A stretch of DNA of 64,000 nt, taken from contig JAKLIA010000001.1 of NCBI GenBank assembly GCA_022709865.1, forward strand, positions 37,593 to 101,592. Direction: 5' to 3'. Position numbers and translations under genes: made by a program. Below are positions 27,447-37,023 of the stretch, in pieces. Source of the DNA: Patescibacteria group bacterium. Lineage in GTDB: Bacteria > Patescibacteriota > Minisyncoccia > Portnoybacterales > GWB1-42-6. The notes below the pieces were generated by a model. That model was given only the letters and a program-made list of their open reading frames with translations. It did not search any database and was not told the DNA's origin. Position 1 is the first letter of the stretch; each line of letters starts with the position of its first letter.

Positions 27447-27701
27447 ATGGAGCAAGATTTTAATCAAGAACAAACAAGCCAAAAGCTGGTTATTTCGTCT
27501 AAGAAAAAATGGCTTTGGCTGGGGATTTTAGTGGCGGTGCTTAATCCGGTTTTTGCTGGGCTCATCATGGGCGCGGTTTATTTGAGCGAGCCGGAACTCC
27601 ATAAAGAAGGGAGATGGGTGGCGGGCATCGCTATTTTGTGGGGCGCAATTTTATTTTATTTTGTGAACAAGAGTTTAGCTGTTAATCCTTTTTCGCTGTA
27701 A
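27447..27701 (+). CDS. Small membrane protein, hypothetical
   Basis: 84 aa with two TM helices. Confidence 0.4.
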   Translation: MEQDFNQEQTSQKLVISSKKKWLWLGILVAVLNPVFAGLIMGAVYLSEPELHKEGRWVAGIAILWGAILFYFVNKSLAVNPFSL

Positions 27702-27706
27702 CGCGA

Positions 27707-28858
27707 ATGGAAAAACTTTTTAAAAGATTTAAATTACTTTGCGCGGTGGCCGTTCTGATCGGCACCATTGTCGGGGCCGGAACTTTCGGCCTCCCTTTTG
27801 TTTTTAGCCAGAGCGGATTTTCCGTGGGCCTTTTTTATCTGGTTATTTTAACCGGCATCGTGATGCTGATCCACTTGGCTTATGGCGAAGTGGCTTTGCG
27901 CACTGAAGGCTCGTATCGCCTGGTTGGCTATGCGGGAAAATATCTGGGGCCGAAAGCCAAGCTCTTTGCCACAGTGGTGGCATTGTTTGAATATTACGGT
28001 TCGCTCCTGGCTTATATAATTTTGGGCGGAGAGTTTTTGCGCTTGATCCTGGGAAGATTTTTTGGCGGCTCGGAAACCGTTTGGGCGATGGTCTTTTTTA
28101 TTATAGGAACAATAGTCATTGGCCTGGGAATAAAGTTTATCTCCGGCGGTGAATTATTTATGACCTTGGGCATGGTGGCGGTGATAGCCCTTCTTTTATA
28201 TAAAGGCGGGCCGATAGTCAATTATGAATATTTTTCCGGTTTTGACTGGCGCTATCTTTTCTTGCCGTATGGCGTGATGCTTTTTTCTTTAGCCGGTTCG
28301 GTGGCGGTGCCGGAGATGAGGCAAATATTGGCGGGGCAGGAAAAACGGCTAAAAGGGGCGATCTTTTGGGGTACTTTAATTCCAGCAATCATGTATTTTT
28401 TCTTTGCTTGGCTGGTGGTGGGAGTCACGGGGCCAACAACCACGGAAGACGCTATTTTAGGGTTAGTTCCGTTTTTGGGAAATTGGGTGGTGCAAGCGGG
28501 AGCAATTTTTGGGCTTTTGGCGGTGTTTACCTCTTTTATGGTTTTAGGGGTTAGCTTAAAAAATATTTATATTAAAGATTATAATTTGCCAAAAGTTGCC
28601 GCTTTATTTTTGGCCTGTTTTGTCCCCATGGCCGCTTATTTCATAGGCATTAAAAGCTTTATCTTGGTGGTGGGAATAGTTGGCGCAGTGGCTTCGGGGC
28701 TAGACGGCATCTTAACTGTTTTGATATTTTTGCGGGCTAAAGACAAGGGCGATCGCCGGCCAGAATACAGCTTAAAAAGGTCTCGGCTCTTGGCTAATTT
28801 TTTGATCTTTATCTTTTCGTTGGGGCTGGTGGCGAGCCTTTGGTCTTTCTTAAATTAA
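27707..28858 (+). CDS. Amino acid permease (aromatic/Trp-Tyr permease-like family)
   Basis: Polytopic membrane protein. N-terminus IGTIVGAGTFGLPFVF is typical of this transporter family. Confidence 0.55.
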   Translation: MEKLFKRFKLLCAVAVLIGTIVGAGTFGLPFVFSQSGFSVGLFYLVILTGIVMLIHLAYGEVALRTEGSYRLVGYAGKYLGPKAKLFATVVALFEYYGSLLAYIILGGEFLRLILGRFFGGSETVWAMVFFIIGTIVIGLGIKFISGGELFMTLGMVAVIALLLYKGGPIVNYEYFSGFDWRYLFLPYGVMLFSLAGSVAVPEMRQILAGQEKRLKGAIFWGTLIPAIMYFFFAWLVVGVTGPTTTEDAILGLVPFLGNWVVQAGAIFGLLAVFTSFMVLGVSLKNIYIKDYNLPKVAALFLACFVPMAAYFIGIKSFILVVGIVGAVASGLDGILTVLIFLRAKDKGDRRPEYSLKRSRLLANFLIFIFSLGLVASLWSFLN

Positions 28859-30159
28859 TGAACAAGCTTCTCAAAATAGAAAAAGCCCTGTTTTATTTTT
28901 TAGCTTTAGCTTTTTTTTGGCAAATAAGGCTGGTCTGGCCCGGCGCCAGCCAACAATTTAACGAATGGGGTTCGTTTTTCGTTTATGCCACAGATATAAT
29001 CATTGTGGCTATTTTAATTTTATGGCTGGCGCGGTCAGGAAAAAAATTGTCTGCCCAAAATATTTTTAACGGCACTAATATTGCTTTAGCTGTTTTTTTA
29101 TTTTTTTGCGCTTTATCGATTTTGGCAGGGCAGGATAAGTCGGTGGCGTTTTTTAGGTCTGCTAAATTATTGGAAATGGCAGGCTTATATTTTTATATCC
29201 GTTATAATTTTAGCGCGCTTTATAATTTTAAAAGATTTTGGCAGTGGTTCCTGTTGGGCGCGGCGCTGCAAAGCGTAGTGGCGATAGCGCAATTTTTAAC
29301 GCAAAAGAGCCTAGGTTTAAAAATCTTTGCCGAAAGCCCGCTGGCGGCTAGTATTGATGGCGTGGCAAAAATCGTGGTTGGAGGCGAGAAGATCGTTCGC
29401 GCTTATGGTTTGGTGCCGCACCCCAATATTTTGGCGGCAATTTTAGTAGCGGCGATCTTTGGGCTAGCTTGGCTGTTTTTAGAGCAAAAAAAGACCAGGT
29501 TAAAAACAGTATTATTTTCAGCGGCTTTTTTATTATTAGGCGCGGCTTTATTTTTTACTTTTTCTCGCAGTGTGATCATTATTGGCGGAGGATTGTTTTT
29601 AATTTGGCTAGTTTCTTTTTGGTGGAAGAACAAAGAATATCGTCAGCCAATAATTTTTATTTGTATTTTTCTGTTTGTTATTAGCTGTTCGCTGCTTATT
29701 CTTTATTGGCCTTATGTTGCTAGCCGTTATGGCATAGCAGCTTTGCCGGGCAGTCAATCAATTGATTTGCGGGCTTTTTACAATCAGCAAGCCTTAAAAA
29801 TGGCTTGGCAAAAACCTATCCTGGGCGTTGGGCAAGGCAATTTTACTATGGCTTTGCGGGATAATATTTCTTTGCCTGATTGGCAATATCAGCCGGCGCA
29901 TAATATTTATTTGTTGGCGGCGGCAGAAAATGGCCTAGGCGCGTTGCTTGCTTTTTTAGTCTTTTTGTTCTTAACTGTAAGAAGCGTTTGGTCCAGCAAA
30001 AAGGAGTTATTAGCAAGTTGTTTGTTGGTTGTTATTAGTTGCTTGTTGTTGATTAGCTGTTTTGACCACTTTTTATGGGATTTGCAGCAAGGCCAGATTC
30101 TATTCTGGTTGATGATAGGATTATTAGCTAGCACGAGTCTCCGTAGCTCAGCGGATTAG
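28840..30159 (+). CDS. O-antigen ligase (Wzy_C) family membrane protein. The 3' end overlaps tRNA-Arg, so the true stop or extent is uncertain.
   Basis: About 10 TM helices, with the FTFSRSVIIIGGGLFLIW loop region typical of O-antigen ligase-like proteins. Confidence 0.5.
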   Translation: MVFLKLMNKLLKIEKALFYFLALAFFWQIRLVWPGASQQFNEWGSFFVYATDIIIVAILILWLARSGKKLSAQNIFNGTNIALAVFLFFCALSILAGQDKSVAFFRSAKLLEMAGLYFYIRYNFSALYNFKRFWQWFLLGAALQSVVAIAQFLTQKSLGLKIFAESPLAASIDGVAKIVVGGEKIVRAYGLVPHPNILAAILVAAIFGLAWLFLEQKKTRLKTVLFSAAFLLLGAALFFTFSRSVIIIGGGLFLIWLVSFWWKNKEYRQPIIFICIFLFVISCSLLILYWPYVASRYGIAALPGSQSIDLRAFYNQQALKMAWQKPILGVGQGNFTMALRDNISLPDWQYQPAHNIYLLAAAENGLGALLAFLVFLFLTVRSVWSSKKELLASCLLVVISCLLLISCFDHFLWDLQQGQILFWLMIGLLASTSLRSSAD

Positions 30160-30213
30160 AGCGCTTCCCTCCGAAGGAAGAGGCCAGAGGTTCAAATCCT
30201 CTCGGGGACACCA
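30137..30213 (+). tRNA. tRNA-Arg (anticodon CCG), with encoded CCA
   Basis: Cloverleaf read by eye: acceptor GTCTCCG/CGGGGAC, D-arm GCTC-AGCGGATTA-GAGC, anticodon arm CTTCC-CTCCGAA-GGAAG, variable loop AGGCC, T-arm AGAGG-TTCAAAT-CCTCT, discriminator A, then CCA. Confidence 0.85.
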
Positions 30214-30270
30214 CAGGAAAGATATAGCGAGAAGAAGTTCTTTTAACCATTTTTAGCCAGGAGGTGTTAT

Positions 30271-30771
30271 ATGAGGCATTTTCAGGGAAGAGAAGATAAA
30301 TCGGCGATTATTTTGGAGGATGTTTTTCCGGAAAGTGATTTAGTAATTTCTTCTCCGTTAGAGTTTAGCAGCGCGCGTTCTGGGATCTATATAGAGGGAA
30401 GCCCGGAGCACGTTGAGATAGTTTTTAAAAAGCTAACGGAACTGCTTGGCCTTTATATTGACGAAAAATTATTTGGCCGCTGGATAGCTGTCACTCCGCC
30501 GGAAGAAGAAGCGCCTCGCACGATCTTGCATTATGAGGCGATGAGCGATTTTGAGAAGATCCGCCTTTTGAACTTTATGTTCCGCGAACAGCTGGCCAAG
30601 ATCTGTAACTTTCACCTGGCAACAATTTCTATTTTACGGTTAAGGCTGGAGGGCCTGGAAATACAAAGAAGCTGGATAGCCTTGCCGGCAAACTTTCCTA
30701 ATGGCACTTTTCGTTTGCCGAAGTTAAAAACAAAAGAACAAGCAGGAGAAGAAAATATAACCCTTCAATAA
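30271..30771 (+). CDS. Hypothetical protein, 166 aa
   Basis: Strong RBS aggaggtg. It lies immediately downstream of tRNA-Arg. No recognisable domain. Confidence 0.4.
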   Translation: MRHFQGREDKSAIILEDVFPESDLVISSPLEFSSARSGIYIEGSPEHVEIVFKKLTELLGLYIDEKLFGRWIAVTPPEEEAPRTILHYEAMSDFEKIRLLNFMFREQLAKICNFHLATISILRLRLEGLEIQRSWIALPANFPNGTFRLPKLKTKEQAGEENITLQ

Positions 30772-30862
30772 TTCAAGCCTCCCCGGCGCTTTAAGTTCCG
30801 GGGATTTATTTTTAGTTAATTTAGTGATAAACTGAAGGCAGTTTTAATAATATTTTATCTAT

Positions 30863-31549
30863 ATGGATTTTAACGAAGCTAAGAAAATAATGGAAATAAA
30901 TAAAAAGTTCTATGACTTGCTGGCGGAGGATTTTGCGCGCACGCATGCCAGCGCCATGGAAGAGTTTGCTTCGTTGGCGGGATATTGGCAGGAGGGTGAT
31001 AAGGTTTTGGATTTGGGCTGCGGCAACGGCCGTTTTTATAATTTGGTTTGCCAGCCGGGCAAAGACATAAAATATTTTGGCGTGGACAATTCCCAGCAAT
31101 TAATTAACTTAGCCAAGCAGCAATATCCTTTGGGGCAATTTATTTTAGGCGATGGGTTGGCGTTGCCGTTTGGCGATAATTTTTTTGATAAAGTTTTGTG
31201 TGTGGCGGTGTTGCACCATTTGCCCGGCTACGATATGCGCCGGGAGTTTTTGCGCCAAGCTTGGCGGGTAATGAAAAAAAACGGCCAATTAATCCTAGTT
31301 GTCTCGCCCAGAGAACGGAATTGGCAATTGCTATTAAAATATCTTTGGTTAAAGATTGTCGGTAAGTCTCGGCTTGATTGGGGAGATTTTTATGAGCCGT
31401 GGGGCGAACAAGGAGTCCGCTATTTCCATGTTTTTAGCAAAAAAGAGCTGAAGGCTTTGCTGGAGGATTCCGGTTGGCAAGTGGAAAGCCTGGGAGTTCT
31501 AACTCGCCAGAACGGGAAAAGAAATATTGTGGTGGTGGCAAAGAAATAA
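30863..31549 (+). CDS. Class I SAM-dependent methyltransferase (Methyltransf_11-like)
   Basis: VLDLGCGNGRF motif I, plus LCVAVLHHLP. Confidence 0.7.
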   Translation: MDFNEAKKIMEINKKFYDLLAEDFARTHASAMEEFASLAGYWQEGDKVLDLGCGNGRFYNLVCQPGKDIKYFGVDNSQQLINLAKQQYPLGQFILGDGLALPFGDNFFDKVLCVAVLHHLPGYDMRREFLRQAWRVMKKNGQLILVVSPRERNWQLLLKYLWLKIVGKSRLDWGDFYEPWGEQGVRYFHVFSKKELKALLEDSGWQVESLGVLTRQNGKRNIVVVAKK

Positions 31550-31558
31550 AGATACACT

Positions 31559-31735
31559 CGGCTTTACTTTCTGAAATCATAGAACTTTCCCAGCCCCGCC
31601 TGCTAACGCCTGAGCGTAGCGATGGCGGGCAGGGAGAAAGTTCTACTCGCCAGCTTTGCTCGCTCTTTCTCCGCCTGAGGCGAAGAAAACCGTGCCCGCT
31701 CGCAAAACTGAGCGTTTCAGACAAGTAAAGCCTCG
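31559..31735. repeat. Structured GC-rich intergenic element of about 175 bp with nested helices. It is a member of the hairpin-repeat family.
   Basis: Outer helix cggctttactt / aagtaaagcctcg. Next helix tctgaaa / tttcaga. Inner hairpin gaactttcccagccccgcc ... ggcgggcagggagaaagttc, with loop aacgcctgagcgtagcgatgg shared with the 63883 element. Confidence 0.45.
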
Positions 31736-31743
31736 TTTAGGAT

Positions 31744-33081
31744 TTGGATATTATTATGAGTTTTATTGCTGATTTTCATATTCATTCAAAATATTCCCGC
31801 GCGACTTCCAAAGAGATGGACCTGGAAAACCTGGATAAATGGGCGCGCATTAAGGGAGTAAACTTGCTGGGCACCGGAGACTTCACCCATCCGGCTTGGC
31901 TCAAGGAATTAAAAGGGAAGTTAGAACCGGCTGAGCCGGGCTTTTTTAAGTTAAAAAAAGTTAACAAGATAAAATTAAATAATGGCTGGCATCTGCCCGC
32001 TGCCAATGGAGACGGCGAAAGCTCGGATCTGCGCTTTATCCTTTCCAGCGAGATCAGCTGCATTTATAAAAAAAATAATAAAACGCGCAAGGTGCATATG
32101 ATGGTTTTTGTGCCGAGTTTCTCAGCCGTGGAAAAGATCAACGCGCATTTGGGCTGGATAGGGAACTTAAAGGCTGATGGCAGGCCCATCTTGGGGCTGG
32201 ACGCCAAAGAATTAACAAAGATAGTTTTTAATGTTTCGCCCGAAGCGATGGTTGTGCCGGCGCATATTTGGACGCCGCATTTTTCCGTGCTTGGCTCCGA
32301 ATCCGGTTTTAATTCCCTGAAGGAGTGTTTTGATGAATACACCCGTTATATTTTTGCGCTGGAAACAGGACTCTCGTCCGATCCGGCGATGAATTGGCGA
32401 TTGTCGCAAATTGACGGCTTATCTTTAATATCTAATTCCGATTCCCATAGCCCGAGCCGCATTGGCCGGGAGGCGAATATTTTTGAAGGGAGGATCGAAG
32501 GATACCGGCAGATTTCAGAAGCTTTGCGTTTGGGGGTTAAAGCTCCGTCTTCCGTCCATAATCGCTTGATAAAAACTATCGAGTTTTTTCCGGAAGAAGG
32601 AAAATACCATTATGACGGCCATCGTAATTGTAAGATTGCTTGGTCGCCTCAAGAAACTAAAAAGCATAAGGGCGTCTGCTCGGTGTGCGGCAAGCGAGTG
32701 GTAATCGGAGTGATGAATCGGGTGGAAGCGCTGGCGGACCGGCCGGTGGGCGGCCAACCTGCCAAAGTGGTGCCATTCGTTAATTTGATTCCCTTAGAGC
32801 AAATTATCGCTGATTCTTTTGGTGTGGGCGTGGCCTCAAAAAGAGTGGAAGCGGAATACCAAGAAATGATAAATCGGTTTGGCCAAGAGTTTAAGATCTT
32901 GATGGGTATGCCCAGGGAAGAATTAGCCAAATCCAGCAAACCGGAAATAGTTGAAGCCATAATACGCGTGCGCGAGGGAAAAGTAAAAATAGAACCGGGC
33001 TATGACGGAGAATATGGAAAAGTGCAGATATATGATGACGGAGAGCGAGCTGGTTTTTCCAAGCAAAACGCGCTATTTTAA
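31744..33081 (+). CDS. Endonuclease Q (PHP-domain deaminated-base endonuclease). The ATG at 31756 is the more likely start.
   Basis: FIADFHIHSKYSRATSKEM...GVNLLGTGDFTHPAWLKEL, ISNSDSHSPSRIGREANIFE and the zinc finger GKYHYDGHRNC...CSVCGKRVV. These closely parallel P. furiosus EndoQ (DLHIHSHYSKAVSK, LSNSDAHSPNPHRLGREFNRFE, KCPKCGG). Confidence 0.75.
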   Translation: MDIIMSFIADFHIHSKYSRATSKEMDLENLDKWARIKGVNLLGTGDFTHPAWLKELKGKLEPAEPGFFKLKKVNKIKLNNGWHLPAANGDGESSDLRFILSSEISCIYKKNNKTRKVHMMVFVPSFSAVEKINAHLGWIGNLKADGRPILGLDAKELTKIVFNVSPEAMVVPAHIWTPHFSVLGSESGFNSLKECFDEYTRYIFALETGLSSDPAMNWRLSQIDGLSLISNSDSHSPSRIGREANIFEGRIEGYRQISEALRLGVKAPSSVHNRLIKTIEFFPEEGKYHYDGHRNCKIAWSPQETKKHKGVCSVCGKRVVIGVMNRVEALADRPVGGQPAKVVPFVNLIPLEQIIADSFGVGVASKRVEAEYQEMINRFGQEFKILMGMPREELAKSSKPEIVEAIIRVREGKVKIEPGYDGEYGKVQIYDDGERAGFSKQNALF

Positions 33082-33087
33082 ATTACT

Positions 33088-34011
33088 ATGCAAAAAAAAG
33101 TTAAAGCTCTGGTTTTATTATCCGGCGGCCTGGATTCCATCCTGGCCGTGAAATTATTATTGGAACAGGGGGCGGAAGTTGAGGCGGTTAATTTCCGGAC
33201 TAACTTTTGCGGGCCCAGCAAAGCCCTCCTCGCATCAAAGATGCTCGGAGTAAAATTGAGAGAAGTAAATATTAGGCAGGATTTTTTGCCGGTGCTAAAA
33301 AATCCTAAGCACGGTTATGGAACAGCTTTGAATCCCTGCATTGATTGCCACGCTTTGATGTTAAAAAAAGCCGGCGAGATAATGCGGGCGGAGGGTTTTG
33401 ATCTAGTGGCGACGGGCGAAGTTTTTGGCCAGCGTCCTATGAGCCAGCACAAGCAAGCTTTGGATATAGTGGAAAAGGATGCGAGCCTGAAAGGATATTT
33501 GTTGCGGCCATTATCGGCAAAATTATTGGAGCCGACAATTGCCGAGCAAGAGGGCTTGATCGACAGAAATAAATTATTAGCCATTTCCGGCCGGAGTCGG
33601 AAGGAACAAATGGCGCTGGCTAAAGAATACGGCATAAAAGAATATCCATCGCCGGCCGGTGGCTGCGCTTTAACACAAAAAGATTTTGCGGGGCGGCTGA
33701 AAGAATTGATGGCTAACAAACCAGATTTTTCTCCCGAAGATATAGATTTGGTGCCCATCGGCCGACATAAGTGGGGGAATGGAGCGCAAATAATTTTAGG
33801 GCGAAACCAAGAAGAAAATAATATTTTGGAAAACGCAGCTAAAACCGGAGATATTTTAATTTTTCCAGATGGTTTTGTGGGGCCAACCGCGCTGGTGCGG
33901 GGTGAAGAGGCGGAGATAGCCAGGGCGCAGGAATTAATTTTAGATTTTTCGCCCAAAGCTAAAGATTTGAAAGCAGAAGAAATAAAGTTTAAGATTATTA
34001 AAAAGGCTTAA
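33088..34011 (+). CDS. ThiI-like PP-loop ATPase without a THUMP domain (tRNA thiolation-type sulfurtransferase)
   Basis: N-terminal PP-loop LLSGGLDSILA. ATGEVFGQRPMSQ...LRPLSA parallels ThiI TGESLGQVSSQT...LRPLI. There is no room for an N-terminal THUMP domain. Confidence 0.55.
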   Translation: MQKKVKALVLLSGGLDSILAVKLLLEQGAEVEAVNFRTNFCGPSKALLASKMLGVKLREVNIRQDFLPVLKNPKHGYGTALNPCIDCHALMLKKAGEIMRAEGFDLVATGEVFGQRPMSQHKQALDIVEKDASLKGYLLRPLSAKLLEPTIAEQEGLIDRNKLLAISGRSRKEQMALAKEYGIKEYPSPAGGCALTQKDFAGRLKELMANKPDFSPEDIDLVPIGRHKWGNGAQIILGRNQEENNILENAAKTGDILIFPDGFVGPTALVRGEEAEIARAQELILDFSPKAKDLKAEEIKFKIIKKA

Positions 34012-34015
34012 CTTT

Positions 34016-34813
34016 ATGAAAATCGGATTTTTTGATTCGGGACTTGGAGGCTTATTTCTTTTAAAGAAGGTTGTTAAGGTTTTGCCGCAATACGATTATG
34101 TATTTTTAGCGGACTTAAAGCGGTCACCTTATGGCAACCGTTCGCCTCAAGTTATTTATGATTTTACTCGGGAGTCAGTGGACTATCTTTTAAAAAACGA
34201 TTGCCAGCTGGTTGTTGTGGCTTGTAATACCGCTTCAGCTTTGGCCCTGCGAAAATTACAGCAGGAATATTTGCCGATCAAATATCCGGGCAGGCGGATA
34301 TTGGGGGTTGTCGTGCCGACCATTGAAGAAGTGCTGGAATATAAAATTAGCCGGCTGGGGATTCTGGCAACCAGGGCGACGGTTGGATCGAGAGTCTATA
34401 TAAAAGAAATAAAAAAATTGGACCCTAAAATAAAGATCTTTCAGCAAGCCGCGCCGTTGTTGGTCCCTTTGATAGAAAATAACGGTTTGCGCTGGGCGGA
34501 GCCGATACTTAGGGCATACTTGGCGCCATTGATAAATAAAAAAGTGGAAGCGATAATTTTAGGCTGCACGCATTATTCGGTTCTAAAAAAGATGGTGCAG
34601 AAAATTGTTGGGCCAAAGGTCAAAGTTATTTCCCAGGACGAAATTATTCCCGAAAAATTGGCTGATTATTTGGTTAAACACCGCGAAATTGCCGAAAAAA
34701 TATCCCAGGCCGGAAAAATAATTTTTGAAACTACCGATCTGGCCCCGGATTTTTGCCAAACAGCGAAGAAATGGTTTGGCCAGAAAATTAAATTAAAAAA
34801 GGCGGCTTATTAA
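34016..34813 (+). CDS. murI: Glutamate racemase
   Basis: GFFDSGLGGL and VVACNTAS catalytic motifs. Confidence 0.85.
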   Translation: MKIGFFDSGLGGLFLLKKVVKVLPQYDYVFLADLKRSPYGNRSPQVIYDFTRESVDYLLKNDCQLVVVACNTASALALRKLQQEYLPIKYPGRRILGVVVPTIEEVLEYKISRLGILATRATVGSRVYIKEIKKLDPKIKIFQQAAPLLVPLIENNGLRWAEPILRAYLAPLINKKVEAIILGCTHYSVLKKMVQKIVGPKVKVISQDEIIPEKLADYLVKHREIAEKISQAGKIIFETTDLAPDFCQTAKKWFGQKIKLKKAAY

Positions 34814-34816
34814 TTT

Positions 34817-36550
34817 ATGATAAACCTGCAAATCGCCAAGATTTTTTATCAGATGGGCGAATACTATGCCATGGATGAGGTGGCTTTTAAGCCGCAGGCT
34901 TATGAAAAAGCCGCGCGCTTAATTGAGGGCTTGGAAAATGACCTAGAGGATATTTATAAAAAACACGGCGCTAAGGGATTAATGGAGATCGATGGTATCG
35001 GCCAGGGGCTAGCGGAAAAGATAGAGGAATATATAAAGAACGGCCAGATACAGGAATACGAAAAATTAAAAAAGGCCTGCCCAGTGGACCTGGAGCACCT
35101 AACTGCGGTTGAAGGGCTCGGGCCAAAATTAATAAAAGCGCTTTATAAGGAACTTAAAATTAAAACTTTAGACGACCTGGAGAAAGCGGCGCAGGAAAAT
35201 AAAATTGCCGCTTTGCCGCATTTTGGCGAAAAATCACAGAGAAATATTTTGCGGGGAATTGAATATGTAAAAGGGGGACAGGGCCGGCGGCTGCTGGGCA
35301 GCGCCTTGCCGATAGCCGAGCATTTGCTAGAAAAAATAAAAGCTTTTCCGGGGGTTGAAGAAGCTAGCTTGGCCGGTTCTCTGCGCCGCCTGAAAGAAAC
35401 AATCGGCGATTTTGATTTTTTGGCCCAAGCTAAAAATCCCGATAAAATAATAGATCATTTTTGCTCAATGATGGAGGTTGAAGAAGTTCTCGCTAAGGGA
35501 GATACTAAGGCTTCGGTGATGCTGCATGCTGGCCTGAAAGCGGATTTGCGGGTAGTGGCTAAAAACTCTTTTGGCGCGGCGCTGCAATATTTTACCGGCA
35601 GCAAAGACCACAATATTGCCTTACGGAAAATTGCCGAAGATAAAGGTTATAAGCTAAATGAATACGGATTGTTTTCCGGCAAAAAAAATATGGCTAGTAA
35701 AACAGAAGAAGAGATCTATGATAAATTGGGCTTGCAATATATCGAGCCGGAGTTAAGGGAGGATAGCGGTGAAATTGAAGCGGCTCGCTTTGCTCAGGGT
35801 AAACCCAATGGCTTGCCAAAATTAGTCCAGCTGCAAGATATTTTAGGCGACTTGCACACCCATTCAACCTGGTCTGATGGCGGCTATTCCATAAAAGAGA
35901 TGGCACTAGAGGCTAAGCGCTTAGGCAGGCAATATATTGCCATGACGGACCACGGCGGCAATTTGCAGGTAGCGCACGCCCTAAATGACAAAAAAGATAT
36001 TTTAGCCCAATGGGCAGAAATAGATGAATTAAATAAAGAGCTGGAGGGGATTAAGATCTTAAAAGGAATAGAGGTTGATATCAATGGAGAGGGTGAGCCG
36101 GAATTGCCCAACGAATTATTGGCGCAGTTTGATATTGTGCTGGCTTCAGCGCATTTGAAATTACGCTTGCCGGAAAAAGAGCAGACCGAGCGCATGATTC
36201 GCGCCATGCAAAATCCCCATATTGATATTTTAGCGCACCCGACCGGCCGCAAAATATTGGACCGCGAGCCAATGGCGCTGGATATGGAAGAAATATTCAA
36301 GGTGGCAGCCGCCACCGGAACGGTATTGGAAATCAGCACTTTCCCGGAACGATTGGACCTGAAAGATGTTTATATCCGCCAAGCGATCAAAGCGGAGGTT
36401 AAATTGTCTTTGGGCACAGACGCTCATATTCTAAGCCATTTGCTTTTTATGGAGCTGGGAGTATCCCAAGCGCGCCGCGGCTGGGCAGAGAAAAAAGATA
36501 TTATAAACTGTTTGAGCTGGGCAGAGTTGCTTAAGCTTTTAAACCAATGA
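34817..36550 (+). CDS. polX: DNA polymerase X family protein with C-terminal PHP 3'-5' exonuclease/phosphoesterase domain
   Basis: N-terminal HhH Pol-beta-like region (AYEKAARLIE, GIGQGLAEKI, GLGPKLIKAL) and C-terminal PHP (DLHTHSTWSDGG, AMTDHG). Confidence 0.8.
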   Translation: MINLQIAKIFYQMGEYYAMDEVAFKPQAYEKAARLIEGLENDLEDIYKKHGAKGLMEIDGIGQGLAEKIEEYIKNGQIQEYEKLKKACPVDLEHLTAVEGLGPKLIKALYKELKIKTLDDLEKAAQENKIAALPHFGEKSQRNILRGIEYVKGGQGRRLLGSALPIAEHLLEKIKAFPGVEEASLAGSLRRLKETIGDFDFLAQAKNPDKIIDHFCSMMEVEEVLAKGDTKASVMLHAGLKADLRVVAKNSFGAALQYFTGSKDHNIALRKIAEDKGYKLNEYGLFSGKKNMASKTEEEIYDKLGLQYIEPELREDSGEIEAARFAQGKPNGLPKLVQLQDILGDLHTHSTWSDGGYSIKEMALEAKRLGRQYIAMTDHGGNLQVAHALNDKKDILAQWAEIDELNKELEGIKILKGIEVDINGEGEPELPNELLAQFDIVLASAHLKLRLPEKEQTERMIRAMQNPHIDILAHPTGRKILDREPMALDMEEIFKVAAATGTVLEISTFPERLDLKDVYIRQAIKAEVKLSLGTDAHILSHLLFMELGVSQARRGWAEKKDIINCLSWAELLKLLNQ

Positions 36551-37023
36551 TAAAGAGCCCATTTATTTGGCGAAAAACCGCCGGAGCCATAATATTCCAT
36601 CAAAGGGGTAAAGACATAGAATACCTTATTTTAAAGCATAAAAATTATTGGAACTTTCCTAAGGGTGGCGTGGAAAAAGGCGAAACAGAAATAGAAGCGG
36701 CTAGGCGCGAGATCCAAGAAGAAACAGGATTGGTAAATGTAGGTTTTATTCCGGGCTTTAAAGTAGCGCGAAATCTTTTTTACCGGACTTCTCGGACTTC
36801 GATTAAGGTTGAGCATCGCGGCCGCTTAGTTTATCGCCGGTCGATCCTTTTTTTGGCGGAAAGCAAAAATAAAACTGTCAGGATATCCAAGGAGCACTTT
36901 GGCTACGCTTGGCTTGGCTTTGAAGAAGCTAAAAAGCGTTTGGCAATTTTAGGCGATAACCACAAAGTTTTAATCAAAGCAGATAAGTTTTTGCATGACT
37001 ATTTGGCAAAAAAGAGTGTTTAA
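36547..37023 (+). CDS. NUDIX hydrolase
   Basis: NUDIX box GGVEKGETEIEAARREIQEETGL. Confidence 0.8.
   Translation: MIKSPFIWRKTAGAIIFHQRGKDIEYLILKHKNYWNFPKGGVEKGETEIEAARREIQEETGLVNVGFIPGFKVARNLFYRTSRTSIKVEHRGRLVYRRSILFLAESKNKTVRISKEHFGYAWLGFEEAKKRLAILGDNHKVLIKADKFLHDYLAKKSV

Noticed and set aside
31434..31728. Two overlapping ORFs of about 90 aa on opposite strands in the 31.5-31.7 kb spacer
   Set aside because: Both are generated by the GC-rich nested hairpin element. They are Arg/Ser/Pro-rich with no RBS or start context, so this is a structured repeat and not coding.
33315..33956. 213 aa minus-strand ORF antisense to the ThiI-like gene
   Set aside because: The plus-strand frame carries a clear PP-loop (SGGLDS) and ThiI-like motifs. 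The minus frame has none.
35884..36339. 151 aa minus-strand ORF inside polX
   Set aside because: Antisense to the PHP domain of PolX, which has clear motifs.
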